64,000 bases of DNA, from the NCBI GenBank assembly GCA_963771075.1, contig CAVYSE010000020.1, positions 64,001-128,000 of the forward strand, read 5' to 3'. A program made the position numbers and the translations under genes. The notes under the pieces are model-generated. The model ran no database searches and was not told the origin of the DNA. It was given only the letters and a program-made list of their open reading frames with translations. The stretch's first letter is position 1; every line of letters begins with the position of its first letter. Of this stretch, positions 1-7,975 are shown piece after piece. Source of the stretch: a candidate division FCPU426 bacterium (GTDB lineage: Bacteria > Oederibacteriota > Muellerivitia > Muellerivitales > Muellerivitaceae).

Positions 1-82
1 ACGAACTATCCTGCGGTCCTGGCTATATCCAAAGCTTGATAAAAGGAAAAACAAATGAAATAGAACGAATGTTTTATATCGG

Positions 83-355
83 CTAATCCCTTTCCCCGAA
101 TTTATTCAAAAATAAGGCCTGGATCGCCATGGAGGCCTCCGAGGCGTCATCCCCCTCAAAGACGAGCGTCAGTTCTTGCCCATAGCCGGCGGCAAGGGTC
201 ATCAAATTGATCAGGCTCTTGGCGTTCAGGCTTCCGCTGTTCCTTCGAATCAAGATGCGGCATTTGTATTGGGAGGTCGCCTTGACGAACGTAGCGGCGG
301 CGCGGATATGAAGACCGAGGCGGTTTAAGACTTTGACAGTTTTGGTGATTTCCAC
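83..355 (-). CDS. ptsH: HPr-family phosphocarrier protein (copy 1)
   Basis: 90 aa; NRLGLHIRAA (His15 motif) and NAKSLINLMTL (Ser46 motif); GTG start preceded by GAGG. Confidence 0.9.
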   Translation of the reverse strand: MEITKTVKVLNRLGLHIRAAATFVKATSQYKCRILIRRNSGSLNAKSLINLMTLAAGYGQELTLVFEGDDASEASMAIQALFLNKFGERD

Positions 356-748
356 GGCGTACCCTCGTTAGAAATGTTTTTGGAATAACGGATTGGATAA
401 TATTTTGAAAGAAGGTCCTGGCGAGAACAACCGCCAGGAAAGCGAATCGACGGATCAATTATAAATCCATAAGAAGAACCGCCAGAAAAAATATTTTTGA
501 ACCTGCCATTTTAGTTGCAGTTTTTCCGCAACTTTTTTGGCGCGGCTATTTGTGGTGGAAAATACTTTTTCGTGCCACAGGAGCTGGGGTTGAATAGGAC
601 GAACGGGAGTTAAGGTTTGGCACAACTTATGTTGTGACGAATTAGTAATCATGCAAAGAGCTGTATCTGCAGTGCGTGTGGATTTATCGAGTTGTTCCGT
701 GAGGATGGGAAGTCTTTTCGGCCATCCGCCTACCTTGGATTCCAATAA

Positions 749-937
749 AATTACAAATCCAGCGCTCTCACCAACGACCGGGTGATTGGGTTCAACGCGA
801 ATGACGCTACGGTCACGGTTTACACCTCGGCTTATAGCACGACGATCAGCGATCTCGAGGAAAGGGATGTGAATTCGTTGAACCATCTCTATGTAGTCAA
901 TTTGGGGAACAACCGGATCGTGAAATACACGCTCTAG
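749..937 (+). pseudogene. Remnant of an NHL-repeat (beta-propeller) protein C-terminus
   Basis: Frame reads ...NHLYVVNLGNNRIVKYTL*, resembling the NHL consensus (LYVADxGNNRIxKF); in-frame TAA at 746-748 and no convincing start. Confidence 0.4.
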
Positions 938-1020
938 ATTGTTTCGACCGGGCACGATAAACCGAACTGACGCTTTAAAAACCTAGTATTCAACCATATG
1001 AAAATTTTATTTGGTGGGGC

Positions 1021-1050
1021 TTGACATTTATTTGGGAAGGGGAGTAATGT
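1021..1050 (+). promoter_or_regulatory. Sigma70-type promoter for the sulfate operon leader
   Basis: Perfect TTGACA (1021-1026), 18-bp spacer, TAATGT (1045-1050); puts the start site at about 1057, just before motif copy 1. Confidence 0.7.
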
Positions 1051-1059
1051 TCCAACATC

Positions 1060-1130
1060 AAACGCGAGGCTTTAAGGTCCAACTTGCCCCGGCGTTTCCC
1101 GAAAGGGAAGAACAGGGTGCTAAAGCGGTT
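1060..1130 (+). ncRNA. Candidate riboswitch-like cis-regulatory RNA motif, copy 1
   Basis: GCGAGGCTTTA...CCAACTTGCCCCGGC-[TTTCCC GAAA GGGAAG]-AACAGGGTGCTAAAGCGGT; GCTTTA (1069-1074) can pair with TAAAGC (1121-1126). Confidence 0.75.
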
Positions 1131-1152
1131 AAGAGTTTAAGAGATTCTATCT

Positions 1153-1191
1153 AAACCCGATCCGCCCAAAGTGGACCGGGTTTTTTGTTTT
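1153..1191 (+). terminator. Intrinsic terminator after motif copy 1
   Basis: AACCCGATCCGC-CCAAA-GTGGACCGGGTT stem followed by TTTTGTTTT. Confidence 0.8.
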
Positions 1192-1266
1192 ACACCGAAA
1201 AACCCTTTAAAAACTAAGTTTTGCCCCACTGGTTCCTTGAACTGCGGGGAAGGCAAACATTGTTTG

Positions 1267-1351
1267 CCACCGGCGAGGCTTTATTAACCTACTTGCCCCG
1301 GCCGGCTTTCGTTGGATGTTTCAACGGAGGGAACAGGGACTAAAGCGGTGG
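1267..1351 (+). ncRNA. Candidate riboswitch-like cis-regulatory RNA motif, copy 2
   Basis: GCGAGGCTTTA...CCTACTTGCCCCGGC-[CTTTCGTTGGA/TTCAACGGAGG hairpin]-AACAGGGACTAAAGCGGT; GCTTTA (1278-1283)/TAAAGC (1341-1346), extended by CCACC/GGTGG. Confidence 0.75.
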
Positions 1352-1371
1352 AAGATTATTGGAACAACCAT

Positions 1372-1410
1372 AATCCCAAACCGCTGAAGCAAACGGTCTG
1401 GGATTTTTTT
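1372..1410 (+). terminator. Intrinsic terminator after motif copy 2
   Basis: AATCCCAAACCG...CGGTCTGGGATT stem running into a T7 tract. Confidence 0.8.
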
Positions 1411-1486
1411 ATTCCTAGAAGTTTCGATGTGGGGAGGATTGAGCAGTAAAAAGTTCAATTTTGTACGGCGGGATTTAACAGGCGGT

Positions 1487-1516
1487 GAAAAAGCCTTCAA
1501 CCGGCTTTTTCTTTCT
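1487..1516 (+). terminator. Additional terminator-like hairpin inside the leader
   Basis: GAAAAAGCC-TTCAACC-GGCTTTTTC followed by TTTCT; short GC core. Confidence 0.4.
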
Positions 1517-1551
1517 AGTGTGCGGGTCGCAGGCGACCCGTCCTAGCCCCT

Positions 1552-1668
1552 GGCTTTTACGGAACGTTACCAATCGCGGTTTTGGATGGTAACCCCCTGA
1601 AAGCACCAACTTGCCCCGGCCGGATTCGTTCCAGCTTTTGGAATGGACAAACAGGGAGCTAAAGCGGT
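1552..1668 (+). ncRNA. Candidate riboswitch-like cis-regulatory RNA motif, copy 3
   Basis: GGCTTTT-[inserted GTTACC/GGTAAC hairpin]-CCAACTTGCCCCGGC-[TTCGTTCCA/TGGAATGGA hairpin]-AACAGGGAGCTAAAGCGGT. Confidence 0.72.
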
Positions 1669-1690
1669 ATCGCGATGAAGACTTTTTCAT

Positions 1691-1721
1691 CCCGGCCCGC
1701 TTAAGCAGTGGGGCCGGGTTT
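1691..1721 (+). terminator. Intrinsic terminator after motif copy 3
   Basis: CCCGGCCCGCT-TAAGC-AGTGGGCCGGG stem then TTTT; contains CCGCTTAAGC, 9/10 complementary to motif GCTAAAGCGG. Confidence 0.7.
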
Positions 1722-1783
1722 ATGGCCCCGGGTGAACTGGACACCTTAAAAACCCATTAAATTTTTTAAAAAAGGGGCTAAAA

Positions 1784-3265
1784 ATGAAAAAGTTATTCGC
1801 TTATTGGTTGGTATTACTGGCGGGTTTATTCCTGACGACCGCCAGGGTTGGCGCGCAGGAACCATCTTCGGTTGGGAATTCGAAGCAGGATGCTCCTTCG
1901 ACGGATACCCCGGCGGCGGTCTCGGCTTCGGATATCGAAGCCCTGAACAACCGGCTCAACGCCCTGGAAAAGGGATCGGTCGTGTTGTCCACCGAGCATA
2001 ATTACCTCGATATTGGCACCCAAAAGGGCGATATCGTCTTTAAGATCGGCGCGGTAGTGCAGGGGGATTACCGGTCCTATTTCTACCCGGCTTCCAGTTA
2101 TGACGACAACCTGCCGATTGGGGCTGCGGGCGGCGGTGTCACGAATTTTGAGGAGGGGGCGACGGCGGCTTCGGTCAACAAATCCAGCAGTACCTTCCTG
2201 GACCGCAAGGTCCGGTTGGACCTGGTTGCCCTCTTTGACCAGACTGTGGGTTTGCGATACCAGGCCGAATTTGGCGCCACGGGTTACGCCATCCAGGACG
2301 CCTACGCCTTCGTAAAGGCGGACCCGGCTTTCCAATTCCAACTGGGAAAGTTCAAGGTGCCTATCGGCCTGGAACGCCTGCAAAACGACACGGATACTCT
2401 TTTTGCCGAGCGCGCCCTGCCCACCGACCTGGTCCCCAACCGTGACCTGGGCGGCCTTATCGGCGGGTCGGTTCATAATTACGCCCTCTACGCGGTGGCC
2501 TTGACCAACGGGACGCCCGACAATTACACGCCCAACAACGCCGACGACCAAAGCCTGACCGGCGGTAAGGAATTATCGGGAAGGGTTTTCCTGACGCCTT
2601 TCCAACCCACCGATTCCTTTCTCAAGAACCTTGGGGTTGGAATCTCGGGGTCCTGGGCCTGGAACGTGAGTTGGAACAGCAACGCCTATCCCAATTATTT
2701 CGTCACCTCCCTGGGCCAACAGCAATTCTTCGCCTATCGGACGGGCGTTTCCCCCCAGGGCGATTTTTACCACCTATCCCCCCAGGGCTACTTTTATAAC
2801 GGTCCCTTCGGATTGTTGGGAGAGTATGTCCAGTCCACCCAGAACGTCGGGACCTCCGCCAAGACTTCCGTGAGCCTCAATAACCAGGCCTTCCTGTTGC
2901 AGGCTTCATGGGTTATTGGCGGGAGGGCTTCCTACCAAGGCGCGGTCGCGGATAATGACTTGGATCTTTCCAAGGGCCGTTGGGGTGCTTTGGAGGTGGG
3001 CTTTCGGGTGCACCAATTGACCATCGACCCGAATGCCTTTAGCGCCACGGAAGCCTCGGATGTGGCGGCCACCAATTCGGCCCAGCAGGCCACGGCTTAC
3101 GGCGCGGGTTTGAACTGGATTTTCGACCCCCATTTCAAGCTGGTCTTCGATTGGGAGGAAACGGATTTCGTGGAAGGGACCCAGGTGACACCGAACATTA
3201 CCGGCACCGTTACGACCCTGCATCCCGAGGATGTTTTCACCATCCGGGCCCAGGCCAACATTTAA
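1784..3265 (+). CDS. OprO/OprP-family anion-selective porin (probably sulfate porin)
   Basis: Signal peptide, coiled-coil N-terminus, IQDAY...[13 protein letters not shown]...[17 protein letters not shown] and GRWGALEV motifs; first gene of the sulfate operon. Confidence 0.85.
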   Translation: MKKLFAYWLVLLAGLFLTTARVGAQEPSSVGNSKQDAPSTDTPAAVSASDIEALNNRLNALEKGSVVLSTEHNYLDIGTQKGDIVFKIGAVVQGDYRSYFYPASSYDDNLPIGAAGGGVTNFEEGATAASVNKSSSTFLDRKVRLDLVALFDQTVGLRYQAEFGATGYAIQDAYAFVKADPAFQFQLGKFKVPIGLERLQNDTDTLFAERALPTDLVPNRDLGGLIGGSVHNYALYAVALTNGTPDNYTPNNADDQSLTGGKELSGRVFLTPFQPTDSFLKNLGVGISGSWAWNVSWNSNAYPNYFVTSLGQQQFFAYRTGVSPQGDFYHLSPQGYFYNGPFGLLGEYVQSTQNVGTSAKTSVSLNNQAFLLQASWVIGGRASYQGAVADNDLDLSKGRWGALEVGFRVHQLTIDPNAFSATEASDVAATNSAQQATAYGAGLNWIFDPHFKLVFDWEETDFVEGTQVTPNITGTVTTLHPEDVFTIRAQANI

Positions 3266-3282
3266 ATAATAAGGAGAAAAAC

Positions 3283-4311
3283 ATGAAAAAAATAAATCTT
3301 AGTCTCGGATTGCTGATGGGTCTTACCGCCGCTTCCTGGGTTTATGCCCAGGAGGCCCCAGTCGGGAAAACGGGGGGCGCGGTTAGGATTCTCAACGTGT
3401 CCTACGACCCTACGAGGGAATTTTACGCGGATTACGACAAGGTTTTCGCCGGCTACTGGAAAAAGAAAACGGGGCAGGATGTGACCGTGGACCTTTCCAA
3501 CGGGGGATCGGGCAAGCAGGCCCGGGCCATTATTGACGGCCTGGAAGCCGATGTGGCGACTTTGGGGCTTTCGGGCGATATCGACGCCATCGCGGCCAAA
3601 GCCCAGCTGCTTCCCGACGATTGGGAAAGCCGGTTGCCCGACCATAGCGCCCCCTATACCTCCACCATTGTTCTTTTGGTGCGCAAGGGGAACCCCAAGG
3701 CCATTAAGGATTGGGACGACCTGGTGAAACCCGGGGTGGCCGTGATCACTCCGAACCCGAAAACTTCCGGCGGCGGCCGATGGAACTTTCTGGCCGCCTG
3801 GGGATGGGCTCTTTCCAAATATGGAACGGAGGATAAAGCCAGGGAATTTGTAGGCAAGATCTACAAGAATGTCCCGGTGTTGGATTCAGGCGCGCGGGGT
3901 TCCACCACCACTTTTGCTGAAAGGGGCCTGGGAGACGTTTTGATCGCTTGGGAAAACGAGGCCTACCTGGCCGTCAACCAGTTGGGGAAGGACCAATTCG
4001 AGATTGTTTATCCATCCTCCAGCATTTTGGCCGAACCTTCAGTGGCCTGGGTGGACAAGAACGCCGCGAAACACGGTACGACCGAGGTGGCGGAGGCCTA
4101 CCTGAAATATCTCTACAACCCCGTGGGGCAGGACGTCATAGCCCGCAACTACTACCGGCCCCGGTCTAAAAAGGTCGAGGAGAAATACCGCAGCCAGTTT
4201 CCCGTGATCAAGCTCTTTACCGTCAACAAGGTGTTCGGTGGTTGGAAAAAAGCCCAGCCCGCCTATTTCAACGACGGCGGGGTCTTTGACCAAATCTACC
4301 AACCTAAATGA
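3283..4311 (+). CDS. sbp: Sulfate ABC transporter substrate-binding protein
   Basis: [43 protein letters not shown] motifs; AAGGAG RBS before ATG 3283. Confidence 0.95.
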   Translation: MKKINLSLGLLMGLTAASWVYAQEAPVGKTGGAVRILNVSYDPTREFYADYDKVFAGYWKKKTGQDVTVDLSNGGSGKQARAIIDGLEADVATLGLSGDIDAIAAKAQLLPDDWESRLPDHSAPYTSTIVLLVRKGNPKAIKDWDDLVKPGVAVITPNPKTSGGGRWNFLAAWGWALSKYGTEDKAREFVGKIYKNVPVLDSGARGSTTTFAERGLGDVLIAWENEAYLAVNQLGKDQFEIVYPSSSILAEPSVAWVDKNAAKHGTTEVAEAYLKYLYNPVGQDVIARNYYRPRSKKVEEKYRSQFPVIKLFTVNKVFGGWKKAQPAYFNDGGVFDQIYQPK

Positions 4312-4313
4312 AC

Positions 4314-4348
4314 CAGTTGGCAGTCCACAGTTCGCAGTTCGCAGTCAA
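4314..4348 (+). repeat. Degenerate heptamer tandem repeat (CAGTnnn x5)
   Basis: CAGTTGG CAGTCCA CAGTTCG CAGTTCG CAGTCAA directly after the sbp stop. Confidence 0.6.
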
Positions 4349-4454
4349 GCGGGTAACACCCTATTCCCCATGGAGTCTTTATCGAAGGGGTTATTTTCGG
4401 GAAGCCGGTTCATTGGGGGCCGGCTTTTCCCCAAACCAAAAAGGGTTGGAATCC

Positions 4455-4733
4455 ATGGCCATCATCGAATCCATACCGGTATTAAACCGCTTAGGGCTTC
4501 ATCTGCGGGCTGGGGCCGAATTGGTCAGGACTTGTTCCCGGTTCCAATGCCAGGTGAGGGTGGGGCATGGCGGAAGGTCGGCCAACGCGAAAAGCCTGAT
4601 CCAACTCTTAACCCTCGGCGCCCTTTATGGTACGGTACTGGAGTTTTCGGCCCAGGGCGAGGACGCACCGGAGGCCATCAGGGCGATCCAAAAGTTATTG
4701 AAATCTTGGGAGGAGTTGGAAATTGACGAATAA
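4455..4733 (+). CDS. ptsH: HPr-family phosphocarrier protein (copy 2), inside the sulfate operon
   Basis: MAIIESIPVLNRLGLHLRAG...ANAKSLIQLLTLGA...GEDA; His15 and Ser46 motifs present. Confidence 0.85.
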   Translation: MAIIESIPVLNRLGLHLRAGAELVRTCSRFQCQVRVGHGGRSANAKSLIQLLTLGALYGTVLEFSAQGEDAPEAIRAIQKLLKSWEELEIDE

Positions 4734-4742
4734 CAAATCATC

Positions 4743-5024
4743 TTTCACCACCAAACACTTCGGCCCGCAACCGAAGTGTCGATGACCAAGGCACCAAGAA
4801 CAACAAAGCCAATTAGATTAGGAACAACCGAAACAAAGGAATTGGGTTAGAACCGATAACAAAACTAAGATGTAATATTAACCACTAAGGCTCAAAGACA
4901 CCAAGTAAAGCAAAAGGTTTGGATTTACTTCGTTTTTCTTCTGCCAATCTAACGAAGTTCTTGGTGCCTTGGTGTCTTGGTGGTGAAAAAGAGAGTTAAG
5001 TGACTTGGCGTCTTGGTGGTGAAA
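4743..5024. repeat. REP/MITE-like inverted-repeat element built of CACCAAG(G/A) units
   Basis: Left arm TTTCACCACCAA[30-nt hairpin insert]ACCAAGGCACCAAGAAC mirrors right arm GTTCTTGGTGCCTTGGTGTCTTGGTGGTGAAA (4957-4988); extra arms at about 4880-4904 and 5004-5024. Confidence 0.65.
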
Positions 5025-5042
5025 AATTTTAGGTGGTATTAA

Positions 5043-5870
5043 ATGAATTCTAAATCTCCTGGTGTACTCCCGGGGTTCCGTCTCTCCATGGGCTACACCC
5101 TTTTTTACCTGGGCCTCATTGTTTTGATCCCCCTGGGGGCGATGGTATTAAAAACCACCCAGCTCACCTGGGTACAGTTCCTGGCGACGGTCCTGAGTCC
5201 CCGCGTACTGGCTTCTTTTCGGCTGACTTTCGGGTGTTCCATCATTGGGGCGGCCATCAATTCGGTTTTCGGGGCCGTCGTGGCCTGGGTCCTGGTCCGC
5301 TATACCTTTCCCGGGAAACGGCTTTTCGACGCCCTAGTGGACCTTCCTTTCGCCTTGCCCACGGCCGTGGCCGGCATCACCCTGACAGAACTCTATTCCC
5401 CCCAAGGTTGGATCGGCCGTTGGCTGATTCCCCTGGGTATCAAGGTGGCCTATACCCCCCTGGGTGTGGCGGTGGCCTTGACCTTTATAGGCCTTCCTTT
5501 CGTGGTCCGGACCCTTCAACCGGTCCTTGAGACGATGGATAAGGATATGGAGGAAGCGGCGGTCAGTTTAGGGGCGAACCGCTTTACGATCATTACCAAG
5601 GTGATTTTGCCCAGTCTCGTACCTGCCTGGATCACCGGGTTTTCCCTCGCATTCGCCAGGGCGGTGGGGGAGTACGGTTCGGTCGTGTTTATCTCGGGAA
5701 ACATGCCCATGAAGACCGAAATTACGCCCTTACTTATCATCTCAAAACTGGAACAATACGATTACGCCGGGGCCACGGCCCTGGGGGTGGTGATGCTGGT
5801 GATTTCATTTGCCATGCTGTTGACGGTGAATTGGCTTCAGGCCAAAACAGGCAAGCATCGAATCCATTAA
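5043..5870 (+). CDS. cysT: Sulfate ABC transporter permease CysT
   Basis: VLPGFRLSMG, DLPFALPTAVAG, EAA loop, ARAVGEYGSVVFISGN. Confidence 0.95.
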   Translation: MNSKSPGVLPGFRLSMGYTLFYLGLIVLIPLGAMVLKTTQLTWVQFLATVLSPRVLASFRLTFGCSIIGAAINSVFGAVVAWVLVRYTFPGKRLFDALVDLPFALPTAVAGITLTELYSPQGWIGRWLIPLGIKVAYTPLGVAVALTFIGLPFVVRTLQPVLETMDKDMEEAAVSLGANRFTIITKVILPSLVPAWITGFSLAFARAVGEYGSVVFISGNMPMKTEITPLLIISKLEQYDYAGATALGVVMLVISFAMLLTVNWLQAKTGKHRIH

Positions 5871-5887
5871 CATTAAAAGAGGAAGAT

Positions 5888-6802
5888 TTGACTCGAGAAA
5901 CGATTATTGTTATTTCTAAAGGAAATCGCGCCTCGCTGGACCCCAATCGGGGTATGACCGAGCCGGGATGGGTGAAGTTTACCCTGATCGGGATCTCCCT
6001 CCTGTTTTTAGGGCTTTTTTTGGTGATACCTTTGGCGGAAGTGTTTGTTTCGGCGCTCCAGAAGGGGATCGGCTTTTATTTCGACGCGATCCGGGACCCG
6101 GCCGCCCTTTCGGCCTTGAGGTTGACTCTCCTCACCGCGTTTTTCTCCGTTTTTTTCAATTTGATCTTCGGGTTGGCTTCAGCCTGGGCCATCACGCGGT
6201 TCGAATTTCCCGGCAAAAACCTGCTTATCACCTTGATCGACTTGCCTTTCACCGTCTCCCCGGTCGTGTCTGGCCTGATCTACGTGCTGCTCTTCGGTTT
6301 ACAAGGCTACCTTGGGCCCTGGGTCTTGTCCCACGGAATCCACATTATCTTCGCAGCGCCCGGTATCATCCTGGCCACGATTTTCGTGACCTTTCCCTTC
6401 GTGTCTAGGGAACTGATTCCCTTGATGCAGGAACTGGGCTCGGAAGAGGAACAAGCGGCTTTGGTTTTGGGTGCGAACGGATGGCAAATTTTTTGGCGGG
6501 TAACCTTGCCCAATATCCAGTGGGGCCTTCTCTATGGGGTCATTCTTTGTAACGCCAGGGCAATGGGGGAATTTGGGGCGGTATCGGTGGTTTCGGGCCA
6601 CATCCGGGGACTGACCAACACCCTGCCCTTGCATGTGGAAATTCTCTATAACGAATACAATTTTACGGCCGCTTTCGCAGTCGCTTCCTTATTGACCTTT
6701 TTGGCGCTGGTGACCCTGGTCGCCAAGGCGATCGTTGGCGCCCGCACCGTGCAAGAGAGGGAAATCCTTCCCATCTCCCATGAAAGCGAGCCTGCCCTAT
6801 GA
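5888..6802 (+). CDS. cysW: Sulfate ABC transporter permease CysW
   Basis: DLPFTVSPVVSGL, RELIPLMQ, NARAMGEFGAVSVVSGHIRG; start uncertain (TTG 5888 or ATG 5954). Confidence 0.93.
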   Translation: MTRETIIVISKGNRASLDPNRGMTEPGWVKFTLIGISLLFLGLFLVIPLAEVFVSALQKGIGFYFDAIRDPAALSALRLTLLTAFFSVFFNLIFGLASAWAITRFEFPGKNLLITLIDLPFTVSPVVSGLIYVLLFGLQGYLGPWVLSHGIHIIFAAPGIILATIFVTFPFVSRELIPLMQELGSEEEQAALVLGANGWQIFWRVTLPNIQWGLLYGVILCNARAMGEFGAVSVVSGHIRGLTNTLPLHVEILYNEYNFTAAFAVASLLTFLALVTLVAKAIVGARTVQEREILPISHESEPAL

Positions 6803-7842
6803 GTATCGAAGTCCGGGGGATCTCAAAAACCTTTAACGGTTTTCAAGCCGTGCGGGATGTCAGCCTGAAACTGGAAAGCGGGTCCCTGACCGCCCTGCTG
6901 GGCCCCTCGGGCTCGGGGAAAAGCACCCTGCTTCGCATGATCGCCGGGTTGGAAACCCCCAATTCGGGCGAGATCCACTTGACCGGCCGGGAAGCCACCT
7001 ATATTTCAGCTAAGGAACGCAATGTCGGGTTTGTTTTCCAGCATTACGCCCTTTTCAAGCACATGACCATCTTCGAAAACATCGCCTTCGGTTTAAGGGT
7101 CCGTAAATATGCGGAGAAGGACATCAAGGACAGGGTTTTCGAACTCCTCAGTCTTATCCAACTACAGGGCCTGGAAAACCGGTATCCATCCCAGCTTTCG
7201 GGAGGCCAGCGCCAAAGGGTGGCGGTCGCCCGCGCCCTTGCGCCTCGGCCGGAGGTTTTGCTATTGGACGAGCCCTTTGGGGCTTTGGACGCCAAGGTAC
7301 GGGAAGAATTAAGGGAGTGGATTTTAAAGCTCCACGAGGAAACCAACGTGACGACCCTTTTCGTGACTCACGACCAAAATGAGGCGCTGGAAGTGGCGGG
7401 CCGAATTCTGATTATGAACCAGGGAAGGATTGAGCAAGATGGCACTCCGCTTGAAATCTTCGACCAGCCAGCCACCCATTTCATCGCCCAGTTCGTGGGG
7501 GAGACCAACTATATTGACACGAAAATTAGCGAGAAGGGTTTGGCGGTGTGGGGGCCTTTCCGATTCATGGTTACCCCCTTCTTTAAATTGGGGCAGAAAG
7601 TGCGTATTTATTTTCGCCCCAATGACGTTTACATGACCGCTCAATTTGAGACCCTGCAGGTGAAGGCCAAGGTGCTTTCTATCCGTTTCAAGGGAACGAT
7701 GATGGAATACAAACTCGACGTGGGGGAAGAAAAGCAAATTATCGCTCAGGTACCCAAGGGCGTGGCCTTGGCCAGCGGGTTTTCCGAGGGGGCGGAGGTA
7801 TTCGCCGCCATTACCGCCTTCCACGTTTTTCCGCTGGATTAG
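6799..7842 (+). CDS. cysA: Sulfate ABC transporter ATP-binding protein
   Basis: GPSGSGKS, LSGGQRQR, LLLDEPFGALDAKVR, C-terminal TOBE-like region. Confidence 0.95.
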   Translation: MSIEVRGISKTFNGFQAVRDVSLKLESGSLTALLGPSGSGKSTLLRMIAGLETPNSGEIHLTGREATYISAKERNVGFVFQHYALFKHMTIFENIAFGLRVRKYAEKDIKDRVFELLSLIQLQGLENRYPSQLSGGQRQRVAVARALAPRPEVLLLDEPFGALDAKVREELREWILKLHEETNVTTLFVTHDQNEALEVAGRILIMNQGRIEQDGTPLEIFDQPATHFIAQFVGETNYIDTKISEKGLAVWGPFRFMVTPFFKLGQKVRIYFRPNDVYMTAQFETLQVKAKVLSIRFKGTMMEYKLDVGEEKQIIAQVPKGVALASGFSEGAEVFAAITAFHVFPLD

Positions 7843-7975
7843 GAATTCTTGATAACCCCTCCACTGGGGGTTGTGTTAGTCCTTAAAAATGTGTAATTTC
7901 ATAGGCCTTTAACGTAGAGGCTGGACTTTCCCGGGCGAAAAACCCAGGTTTAACCAAGACTATTATGGGGAGAAT

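Noticed and set aside
455..955. 166-aa minus-strand ORF, and ORF 156-458
   Set aside because: No recognisable motifs; they overlap a more protein-like + strand remnant and the HPr gene respectively.
1111..1129. Resemblance of AACAGGGTGCTAAAGCGG to the T-box (AGGGTGGTACCGCG) and to SAM-I GGTGCTAAA
   Set aside because: The UGGN needed to pair with tRNA NCCA is absent, there is no Stem I (AGUA/GNUG boxes), and the SAM-I GCAACC and AUC/GAU elements are missing.
1047..1154. 35-codon uORF (MFQHQTRGF...) spanning motif copy 1
   Set aside because: Its ATG overlaps the predicted -10 box, it has no Cys or internal Met codons, and the equivalent frame has no ATG/GTG/TTG start before block A in copy 2 and is blocked by TGA in copy 3.
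1082..1662. Cys-containing leader peptides (TCPG...TGC*/TGS*): block A to block B spacers are 18, 30 and 30 nt, all in frame
   Set aside because: In copies 1 and 2 an in-frame TAA (1073-1075, 1285-1287) lies just upstream with no start codon between; conservation covers all codon positions and the spacers are hairpins. Worth re-testing if homologs keep the frame.
1060..1721. CRISPR array interpretation of the repeated blocks
   Set aside because: The repeats are bipartite, irregularly spaced (~210 and ~320 nt), each followed by a terminator, and no cas genes are present.
1475..1744. 89-aa minus-strand ORF in the leader
   Set aside because: Antisense to the RNA motif and terminator, with no protein features.
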